Virus record (IMG/VR): IMGVR_UViG_3300021960_000075
Location: 1-60,959 of that record
DNA from: a virus
Taxonomy: Duplodnaviria > Caudoviricetes
Strand: one strand, 5' to 3'
DNA: 60,959 nucleotides
In this document: in pieces, positions 1 through 6,934 of the stretch
How the letters are laid out: each line of letters starts with the position of its first letter
Numbering within the stretch: position 1 is the stretch's first letter
Position numbers and translations under genes: made by a program
The notes under the pieces: generated by a model
What the model saw: only the letters and a program-made list of their open reading frames with translations
What the model was told of the DNA's origin: nothing
The model's database searches: none

Positions 1-110
1 TGCTTTTTTTTCAATCTTATGATACAATTAAGAATTACTTTCACGAGTACTAAACTAAGGAAATAAGGGCATCCTGCGAGGTGCCTTTTCCTTTTAATAC
101 AGGAGATACG

Positions 111-509
111 ATGAAATTACAACAGGTGCTTAGGCATTTAGAAAATAAATATAAAAAATTGCCTAAATTTAATATTTGCGAAGACCAATTCTGTTCTTGT
201 GATGCTGAAAGTCTATCATATGTACTGGAATACAAGTCTAGAGGAGCAGATTATCCCGATATTATGATAGAAGGGCTTAAATTACAGAAAAATCTGCGTA
301 AAGCACAGCAAACAAATAGAGAATTTATCTATGTTAGTGAATTTAACGGAATAATTCGTTCTTGGAACCTATCTAAGCTGGTAAATAGTGGCGTAACTTT
401 TAAATGGGAAGTCAAATGGTTGCCAGTAAACACAGAAATTACTGAAGATGACGAACATATGTGGAAAATTGTAGCTTATTTGCCAGTAGAATTAGCAGCT
501 GAACATTAA
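111..509 (+). CDS. Hypothetical protein, possible PD-(D/E)XK nuclease fold
   Basis: AGGAGA precedes ATG at 111 (track starts at 81); D...E-Y-K spacing in CDAESLSYVLEYKSR. Confidence 0.5.
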   Translation: MKLQQVLRHLENKYKKLPKFNICEDQFCSCDAESLSYVLEYKSRGADYPDIMIEGLKLQKNLRKAQQTNREFIYVSEFNGIIRSWNLSKLVNSGVTFKWEVKWLPVNTEITEDDEHMWKIVAYLPVELAAEH

Positions 510-511
510 AT

Positions 512-540
512 TTGCTTTTTTTAACAAGATATGATATAAT
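512..540 (+). promoter_or_regulatory. Sigma70-type promoter with leaderless start
   Basis: TTGCTT-17 nt-TATAAT with extended TG; ATG 547 lies 6 nt downstream. Confidence 0.75.
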
Positions 541-546
541 AGGCGT

Positions 547-816
547 ATGGATAAAGAAAAAAGATTAGAACAACCAGCAAAGTCTAGTGACTTAACTGTG
601 TTTGCTGATATGCAAATGTTTTTACTTGCATTACAACAAGCAGGTGTTAGTTACGAAAACCTTTACTGGTGTTGTCTTAACTATAAGAATAAGAAGTTGT
701 ACTCAACTTATTGCACTTGGCACTTCGCAGGTAGACCTTACGAGGGCGATGAGCGATGGGATGAATTTGCAAATTTAGATTTTTCTTTTATAGGCGACAT
801 AACATTCGATTTATGA
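547..816 (+). CDS. Hypothetical protein
   Basis: 89-aa ORF directly after a promoter and followed by a terminator. Confidence 0.7.
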   Translation: MDKEKRLEQPAKSSDLTVFADMQMFLLALQQAGVSYENLYWCCLNYKNKKLYSTYCTWHFAGRPYEGDERWDEFANLDFSFIGDITFDL

Positions 817-861
817 TATAATCAATTACACTTGTTAAAAGTGTTTGCTCATATGTGGTAG

Positions 862-886
862 AAAGCCGGTGTTTCATCGGCTTTTT
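862..886 (+). terminator. Intrinsic terminator
   Basis: AAAGCCGGTG-TTT-CATCGGCTTT hairpin running into a T tract. Confidence 0.7.
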
Positions 887-941
887 GCTTCTTTAAGCTT
901 TTATGATATAGTAGTATAACAATAGTAGACAGGAGAATACA

Positions 942-1700
942 ATGGATGAGAATAGTCCTTACGAAGAAGACCTAACACCAGTTCAAGCAGTGCTAGGCGA
1001 AATTAAAGAACCAAAAGATTTATCAGAACTTAAAACTTTAGAAGAGTTAGTTGAGTCCGGACAAATAGGAATTAACTGGAACGAATGGCTTGAGTGTGTT
1101 CAATGGTTAAGTGTTAGATACACAAGCGGCGATAATATACCGGCTAACTGGACTGATGTAGAAATATCTGCAATGTATCAAGACTTACAAGAATACTCTT
1201 ACAAAGATGTGCAGACTGCAATTATTAAATTACATTCAGAAGGTAGAACTTGGGCACCTAACTCATCTCAGATTATTGGGATGCTAAACAAGTTAGGTTG
1301 CAATGTTGTTATCAGTCAAAGAAAACTTAAACAGTTTCAGAGCGGTCAAGCTACAGAATGTAAAGCTGGTGGAGAACACGAATGGTTTGAACTAGGTTGG
1401 CTTCATAATGAATATGGCGACCCTGAATTTATAGAGTCTTGCGGTAAAAGAATAAGTATTCAGACTGCAGCCTGCGGTGCCGAACGAGCAGTACCTTGTC
1501 CTGATTATCATTTATTTGCAAAACCTGAGCCTATGTGGGTTGAGAAGTTTGTAGAGACAGCACAAAAGATTGGTTTGCCTGACCATAAGATTGATTGGAT
1601 TTTGTCTAATGCTAGACCTAACCTAATGACTTATGCACAGTATCTCAAGAAGTATAATCCTACTAGTAAGGAACCAGTAGTAGAAGGTGAGATTGTATGA
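942..1700 (+). CDS. Hypothetical protein, possibly helicase loader/inhibitor (G39P-like) with Cys/His C-terminal part
   Basis: AGGAGA RBS; segment DLQEYSYKDVQTAIIKL...WAPNSSQII resembles phage helicase loader-inhibitor proteins. Confidence 0.45.
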   Translation: MDENSPYEEDLTPVQAVLGEIKEPKDLSELKTLEELVESGQIGINWNEWLECVQWLSVRYTSGDNIPANWTDVEISAMYQDLQEYSYKDVQTAIIKLHSEGRTWAPNSSQIIGMLNKLGCNVVISQRKLKQFQSGQATECKAGGEHEWFELGWLHNEYGDPEFIESCGKRISIQTAACGAERAVPCPDYHLFAKPEPMWVEKFVETAQKIGLPDHKIDWILSNARPNLMTYAQYLKKYNPTSKEPVVEGEIV

Positions 1701-1861
1701 TAGCGAGATGTGATTTTTGCGGAAGCGAAGATATAGAAATAGAAACTTGGAACAATAACAGATTGTATTGTGCTCTTTGTGGAGAGAATACTATGTTTTC
1801 AGAAGAAGAAGTTGTTGTGTTTCAAGGAAAAGAAATATTAATGAAATTGGAGGAAGAATGA
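1697..1861 (+). CDS. Small zinc-ribbon protein (54 aa, not in ORF track)
   Basis: MIARCDFCGS...YCALCGE; ATGA overlaps with both neighbours. Confidence 0.7.
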   Translation: MIARCDFCGSEDIEIETWNNNRLYCALCGENTMFSEEEVVVFQGKEILMKLEEE

Positions 1862-2595
1862 GCAAAGCTTATAAACAGGCTTTTATTGATAAGTACTATG
1901 AAAAATCAGCAGAACCTTTAGCAGACACTATGGGTTTTTACTGGGCTATGAGAGCTAGAGACTTTATACCAGTAATAGCAAAAACTTTTAAAAGTTATTT
2001 GTGGATGTTGCAAGAGCCTACTGAAAGTGGAGAATTTTTAAATTCTAAGAAAGACACTAGTGTAACTTGTTTTCAAGATTTTCAAGAGTGGTTAGATGTT
2101 TGTTCTACTAAGTCAACTCTTGTAATGTATGAAAAGTTTCAAGCAAATAGAAAAGTTGACCCAATGACTACGAAGCAAATATTTTTTATGAATGCAAAAC
2201 TTCTCGGTGGAACTGAAAATTTTGATGCTTGGTCTGCAGAAAGAAAAAAAGCTTACATTAAAGATTCTCTTTGGAATTTTGAAGATGAGATGGAAGCTTT
2301 TGGAACTGCAGTAAAAGAATTTGCTGGGGTACTTTTACATAAATGTTTTTTTGAAAGGGATGAAGATGAACATAATCATCATATGGGTCTAGAACATATA
2401 GAACTGAATTGGGATTGGACAGTTCAAGAACTATGTGAACTAATCGATGACTTTGTAAAAGTTAACGAAGGTCTTCCAACTAGGAATGAAGAAGCAGGTC
2501 CTCATTCTGAAGAAAGTTTAGATATTATTACTGGAGCTATAGCTTCTGAAAATTTTTTGGACTTTGTAGTTGATTATATTTTAAAGTCTAAGTAA
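1858..2595 (+). CDS. Hypothetical protein
   Basis: GGAGG RBS before ATG 1858 (track starts at 1768). Confidence 0.75.
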   Translation: MSKAYKQAFIDKYYEKSAEPLADTMGFYWAMRARDFIPVIAKTFKSYLWMLQEPTESGEFLNSKKDTSVTCFQDFQEWLDVCSTKSTLVMYEKFQANRKVDPMTTKQIFFMNAKLLGGTENFDAWSAERKKAYIKDSLWNFEDEMEAFGTAVKEFAGVLLHKCFFERDEDEHNHHMGLEHIELNWDWTVQELCELIDDFVKVNEGLPTRNEEAGPHSEESLDIITGAIASENFLDFVVDYILKSK

Positions 2596-2629
2596 AATAA
2601 ATTTACTGCGAATGGACACCGCAGTAACA

Positions 2630-2740
2630 GGAATAAGTCCAAAGAAAGTAGAGTCTTATAAGATAATACTGGAGGGGACAGACATAGTCTTTCATTACAG
2701 TTGCGGGACAGTGTTGGGGGTTCAAATCCCCCTTATTCCA
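2630..2740 (+). ncRNA. tRNA-like RNA with canonical acceptor stem and T-arm but enlarged D and anticodon-position arms
   Basis: GGAATAA/TTATTCC 7-bp stem, GGGGG-TTCAAAT-CCCCC T-arm, discriminator A; 111 nt; no clean 7-nt anticodon loop. Confidence 0.65.
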
Positions 2741-2746
2741 CGAAAA

Positions 2747-2980
2747 GGTAGAACGGAAATTATATAGCTAAAAGTTGTGTGTTGGTAAGTAATAAAGTTC
2801 TACCAAATTTTACGCTCTTCTTAGGAAAGTCCTAGGTCGTATAGATTATCAACTAGTTAACTTACACACAGCGTAAACGATGAGTAAATGAGAGGGTATA
2901 ATTAAATAGTCGGCAGTAGTCTCGCAAGAGATTACAAATTGTCCGATACCCTCCCATCGTCGACTCTCTTCGGAGAGTCG
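2747..2980 (+). ncRNA. Structured intergenic RNA(s) downstream of the tRNA-like element
   Basis: Stems GGTAGAAC/GTTCTACC, TTTACGCT/AGCGTAAA, GAGGGTA/TACCCTC; GCAA and TTCG tetraloop hairpins; no ORF in the track. Confidence 0.55.
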
Positions 2981-3005
2981 TATCCAAAATAATTTTTAAA
3001 TTGAT

Positions 3006-3034
3006 TTGCATTATTTTTCATTATGTGGTATAAT
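3006..3034 (+). promoter_or_regulatory. Sigma70-type promoter
   Basis: TTGCAT-17 nt-TATAAT with extended TG. Confidence 0.75.
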
Positions 3035-3062
3035 AGATTATTAACCAAACGAAAGGATTAAA

Positions 3063-3311
3063 ATGAATACAACATTCATTTATGAAATTATAAAAATGAC
3101 TAGAGGATTAGAAAAGCATCCTTATCACGATTTAGAAGTGGTAGGTGTTGATTCTATAGAATTAAATACTTATGGATTTAATAATCCTGTAGAAATATTT
3201 TCTGAATGGGCTAGCAAAGCTCAGAAGGAATATTCTAAATTACATAAAACAGATGCTAGAGATAGTTACTTCTTTAGGTATCCTGTTATTGCAACAACGG
3301 AGGAGGAATAA
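3063..3311 (+). CDS. Hypothetical protein
   Basis: AAGGA RBS; TAATG coupling to next gene. Confidence 0.7.
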   Translation: MNTTFIYEIIKMTRGLEKHPYHDLEVVGVDSIELNTYGFNNPVEIFSEWASKAQKEYSKLHKTDARDSYFFRYPVIATTEEE

Positions 3312-3568
3312 TGGCTAGACCAAAATGTAGCGTTGGTTGGTGTACCAACGAAGGCAAAATGTATTATCGTGGCGATAGAGTCACTAAGCGTGGACAAGAT
3401 AACCATAAAAAAGGTTACAATGTCGGTGCTGAACAATTTTACAAAAGCTATTACTGGGTTTGTAATATGCATCGCAATGATGGTACTTACGACAAAGCTT
3501 GGGATAAGTTTCAAGAGCAGAGTAGAATTGCTCGTGAAATTTATCGTGCAAACTGGGGAGATTATTAA
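3311..3568 (+). CDS. Hypothetical protein, possible Zn-binding (CxxxxC...CxxH)
   Basis: GGAGG RBS, translational coupling. Confidence 0.7.
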   Translation: MARPKCSVGWCTNEGKMYYRGDRVTKRGQDNHKKGYNVGAEQFYKSYYWVCNMHRNDGTYDKAWDKFQEQSRIAREIYRANWGDY

Positions 3569-3578
3569 TCCCCAGTAC

Positions 3579-3607
3579 TTGCTTTTATTTGCAATGTATG
3601 ATATAAT
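3579..3607 (+). promoter_or_regulatory. Sigma70-type promoter with leaderless start
   Basis: TTGCTT-17 nt-TATAAT; ATG 3614 lies 6 nt downstream. Confidence 0.75.
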
Positions 3608-3613
3608 GGTAAT

Positions 3614-3802
3614 ATGATAAAGGAGACTATGATAACAATATATAAAATATGTTTAAATGTATTAGAAAAGCTAGATGCTAGAGATACATTTATAAAAAGA
3701 CTAGGTTATAAAATTGCTAGAAAAGTTTTTGACAGAGCTTTCGTGTATATTTATAACGATAGTCCTTATAATTACAATAGGTGGTATTCAGATGATATTT
3801 AA
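3614..3802 (+). CDS. Hypothetical protein
   Basis: Leaderless position after promoter. Confidence 0.6.
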   Translation: MIKETMITIYKICLNVLEKLDARDTFIKRLGYKIARKVFDRAFVYIYNDSPYNYNRWYSDDI

Positions 3803-4184
3803 ATTTATTTGTAGGTTGTTTAGTGGTAAATACTGGTTTTCAGACAGTTATTTCCCATATTCTTTTTGGGTCATTATAAATGGCAAAAAAGAATACTACT
3901 CATTTAGATTTCAGTGGATGAAAAAACTTATGTGGTTTTGGGCTACCAAATCTAAAAAGATACAACGTGGTGGTAAATCTATAACTTACTCTAATAAAGT
4001 TTGGAGAGCTTGGAAGCTAAGACATAACATTCTTTATAGATTGCACTACAAGTGGGATAGACCTTACGGTATGGGTATTCACGCAGAGATACCTTACAGA
4101 TGGACTATTAATCTTAAGTTTAAAGATAAGATTACTTACAAAAGAGAAGAAGCTGTTAACAATGCTGTAGGATGGTTTGTATGA
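3792..4184 (+). CDS. Hypothetical basic, aromatic-rich protein
   Basis: AGGTGG before ATG 3792 (track starts at 3714). Confidence 0.6.
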   Translation: MIFKFICRLFSGKYWFSDSYFPYSFWVIINGKKEYYSFRFQWMKKLMWFWATKSKKIQRGGKSITYSNKVWRAWKLRHNILYRLHYKWDRPYGMGIHAEIPYRWTINLKFKDKITYKREEAVNNAVGWFV

Positions 4185-4540
4185 CATACGATAACGCAAC
4201 GTGCGGTAGATGTGGAACTGCAGAGAACATTGTACATTCAGGTGTAGATGGTCTTTGGTTCGGTTTGTTAGATGAGCTACATAATGTTTGCTATGATTGT
4301 GGTAATAAGCATTTAGATAAATCTTTACAGGAAGATAAAATGGATATTAGACAAGTAGTAGCAAACTTTACAATAGCTGATGAAGTTAAATTAGAATTAG
4401 CTGATGATAAAGATTTGACAAATGAAGAAGCAGATGATATAATTGTAAAGTACATTGATGATAAATTAAAAGCTGAGGGTATAAAAGCTTTTAATATTCA
4501 AATGACTGTTAGAGCGAAAGTGATTGAAAAAAGTGAGTGA
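4181..4540 (+). CDS. Hypothetical protein with N-terminal Zn finger
   Basis: CGRC...CYDC; ATGA overlap at 4181. Confidence 0.65.
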   Translation: MTYDNATCGRCGTAENIVHSGVDGLWFGLLDELHNVCYDCGNKHLDKSLQEDKMDIRQVVANFTIADEVKLELADDKDLTNEEADDIIVKYIDDKLKAEGIKAFNIQMTVRAKVIEKSE

Positions 4541-4775
4541 ATCAGAATTTGCTGAAGGTTTTAAAGAATGGAACGACAAGCTCCAAAATACTGGAGAAGG
4601 TCTTAAAAGATTTGAAATACCTTTAGAAGGTAAAGTGACTGTTATAGCATTTGATATGCTAGATGCTATGAAAGGTTTAGAAACTAAATTGAGTGTAGTT
4701 CCTACGCATCAATATAATTTAAAGCCGCTGTTAGGACAAGTTAAAATAACCAACTTATCTAACGAAGAAGAGTAA
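4524..4775 (+). CDS. Hypothetical protein
   Basis: ORF fills the gap before a terminator; start uncertain (4524 or 4533). Confidence 0.6.
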   Translation: MKKVSESEFAEGFKEWNDKLQNTGEGLKRFEIPLEGKVTVIAFDMLDAMKGLETKLSVVPTHQYNLKPLLGQVKITNLSNEEE

Positions 4776-4780
4776 AAATT

Positions 4781-4806
4781 TAGTCAGTAACAAACTGACT
4801 ATTTTT
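4781..4806 (+). terminator. Probable intrinsic terminator
   Basis: TAGTCAGT-AACAA-ACTGACTA followed by TTTTT. Confidence 0.55.
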
Positions 4807-4841
4807 GATGAAGTATAAATCGATTAAAAGGCGGTATTGTT

Positions 4842-5549
4842 ATGTCTGAAATTTCAGAACTACAAAAAAAATTATATTACCAATGTGCTAAATGTGGTCT
4901 AGATATGGCTGCTAACAATCAAGGTGGTTTAGACCTTACTGTTAGTGGTGGTTATGGCGACTTCACTGATTCTTATCGTGAAGAAGTCCCTACATTTAGG
5001 TTGTGTCATAGACACGCTCATAAGTTCGCTAACTGGTTAAATAACCAAGAAGTTCTTGGTATGTACTGGGGTCATAGCCACGCAGGTTATGAACCGGGCT
5101 TTTGGTACGGTCATCCAAGCTGGGAACAGCAAACTTGGTTGTCTCATTTAGTTTTATTCTTTCATAGTTTTTGGAAGCTAGGTTGGAAGGAAGCTAAATT
5201 CTATTTAGTAGAAGGTATCCGTTCACACATTAATTGGTCTCGTGTCGATATTAACGACAGGGAATCTAAATTCTTGTGGGGAAGGTTTATTGCTAGACTT
5301 TTCTTCTTAGATAATCATAGTAAAGGTTTCTTTTACGGAACTTATCGTAAGTTAAAAGGTAAACTTTACGATTTTTCTAAAAAGTATTATCGTAGTCAAA
5401 CTTCGTTGTATAACGAAATTTGGCATAAAGCTTTAAACGATGGCTTTTCTGAATCAGAAAAAGCATATCTTAAAGATTTAGGTCTTGCTCTTGCCGAAGC
5501 TGAAGCTTTAGAAAAAGCTGAAGCCGCTGCACAAGCTGAAGAAGAATAA
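4842..5549 (+). CDS. Hypothetical protein with CxxC...CxxH motif
   Basis: 235-aa ORF bounded by terminators. Confidence 0.7.
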   Translation: MSEISELQKKLYYQCAKCGLDMAANNQGGLDLTVSGGYGDFTDSYREEVPTFRLCHRHAHKFANWLNNQEVLGMYWGHSHAGYEPGFWYGHPSWEQQTWLSHLVLFFHSFWKLGWKEAKFYLVEGIRSHINWSRVDINDRESKFLWGRFIARLFFLDNHSKGFFYGTYRKLKGKLYDFSKKYYRSQTSLYNEIWHKALNDGFSESEKAYLKDLGLALAEAEALEKAEAAAQAEEE

Positions 5550-5570
5550 TATTCTTCTTGGTAGAAAGGC

Positions 5571-5597
5571 AAAAACCCCTCTTCGGAGGGGTTTTTT
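5571..5597. terminator. Intrinsic terminator, possibly bidirectional
   Basis: AAAAACCCCTC-TTCG-GAGGGGTTTTTT. Confidence 0.85.
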
Positions 5598-5674
5598 GTA
5601 TAGTAGTTGTTAAATACAGGAGATTTGTACTAAGTACCAATATCCACAGTTAAGTATAGTACAATTAATAAATA

Positions 5675-6934
5675 ATGGGAAGTCGAGACTATTTAGAGAG
5701 TAACGCCGAAGAGCAAAAACAAATTGTAGAAATAAAATTTCCCGATTTACATCCTGCACAACAAGAAGTTAAAGATTCTCCTGCACGTTGGAAAATACTA
5801 TGTGCTGGTAGAAGATTTGGTAAATCAAGACTTGGTGTTCAGTTATGTATGCAAAAAGCTCTAGATGGCGGTCGTGTTTGGTGGGTAGCACCTACTTTTG
5901 CTATCGCTCGTGTTGGTTGGCGTGATGTTGTAGCCGCAGCTCAAAGTTTTCCTAAATCAGTAGGAGTTGAAGTAAAAGTCGGCGATATGACTGTAAATTT
6001 TCCTAATGGTGGTTCTATTGCTGTTAAATCTGCTGATAACCCTCAAAGATTAAGAGGTGAAGGTTTACATTTCTTGGTTATGGATGAAGCTGCATTCGTT
6101 AGAGAAGAAACTTGGACAGAAGTACTTCGACCTACCTTAACTGAAAATAAAGGTTCTGCATTATTTATATCTACCCCAATTGGAATGGATAATTGGTTTT
6201 ATAAGCTATGGGAAAGAGCTTTAGTCGCAGATGATTGGGCTAGATTTCAATTTCCTACTACTGCAAATCCTATGATTGACCCAGCAGAAGTAGAATCAGC
6301 AAGACTAGACTTAGGAGAATTAGTATTTGCTCAAGAGTATCTTGCTGAATTTATTTCTGAAGGTGCTCAAATCTTCAAACCTACTTGGTTTAATTACTAC
6401 AAAGAAGGCGTTGGAAAAGTTATAGCTGATGGAAAAACTTACGATTTGAATGATTTAGTTAAGTTTGCAACAGTTGACTTAGCCGTTTCTATGAGAGAAT
6501 CAGCTGACTACACAGTTATTGGTGTGTTTGGACATCACATTGAAGATGACAAATTATTTATGTTGGATATGTTTAGAGACAGAATAGAAGCACCTGATAT
6601 TATTCCACAAATTAAAAGAATGGTAGGAATACATAATCTCGAATGGGTTGGAATTGAGCGAGCTGGTTATCAGTTAGCACTAGTACAGTTTGCAAGGAGA
6701 GAAGGTCTGAAAATCAAAGAATTAAGAGCTGACAAAGACAAGCGTTCACGGGCACTACCTTTATCTGCTAAGATGGAGAGAGGACAAGTATACTTTCCTA
6801 CAGACGTAGACTGGGTTGCAGACACAGAGCGTGAGCTTTTGACTTTCCCAGTAGGTGAGCACGACGACATCGTCGATGTTCTAGCGTATGCTTGTTTAAG
6901 TAGTGCTAGAAAGAGAAAATGGGAAGCTTATTAA
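5675..6934 (+). CDS. terL: Terminase large subunit
   Basis: Walker A GRRFGKS, Walker B LVMDEA, STP coupling motif, nuclease VDLA...DYT...HDDIVD. Confidence 0.95.
   Translation: MGSRDYLESNAEEQKQIVEIKFPDLHPAQQEVKDSPARWKILCAGRRFGKSRLGVQLCMQKALDGGRVWWVAPTFAIARVGWRDVVAAAQSFPKSVGVEVKVGDMTVNFPNGGSIAVKSADNPQRLRGEGLHFLVMDEAAFVREETWTEVLRPTLTENKGSALFISTPIGMDNWFYKLWERALVADDWARFQFPTTANPMIDPAEVESARLDLGELVFAQEYLAEFISEGAQIFKPTWFNYYKEGVGKVIADGKTYDLNDLVKFATVDLAVSMRESADYTVIGVFGHHIEDDKLFMLDMFRDRIEAPDIIPQIKRMVGIHNLEWVGIERAGYQLALVQFARREGLKIKELRADKDKRSRALPLSAKMERGQVYFPTDVDWVADTERELLTFPVGEHDDIVDVLAYACLSSARKRKWEAY

Noticed and set aside
2630-2740. Canonical tRNA, tRNA-Sec or tmRNA
   Set aside because: No 5-bp stem with a 7-nt anticodon loop can be drawn around TTC/TCA/CAT; no 8/5 Sec fold; no G3-U70 pair or tag reading frame
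2747-2877. Canonical HDV-like theta ribozyme
   Set aside because: No P3/L3 with the CC that pairs with GG after P1; kept only as an unclassified structure
2870-2900. Hammerhead ribozyme suggested by CGATGAG
   Set aside because: The core CUGAnGA and a correctly placed GAAA are missing
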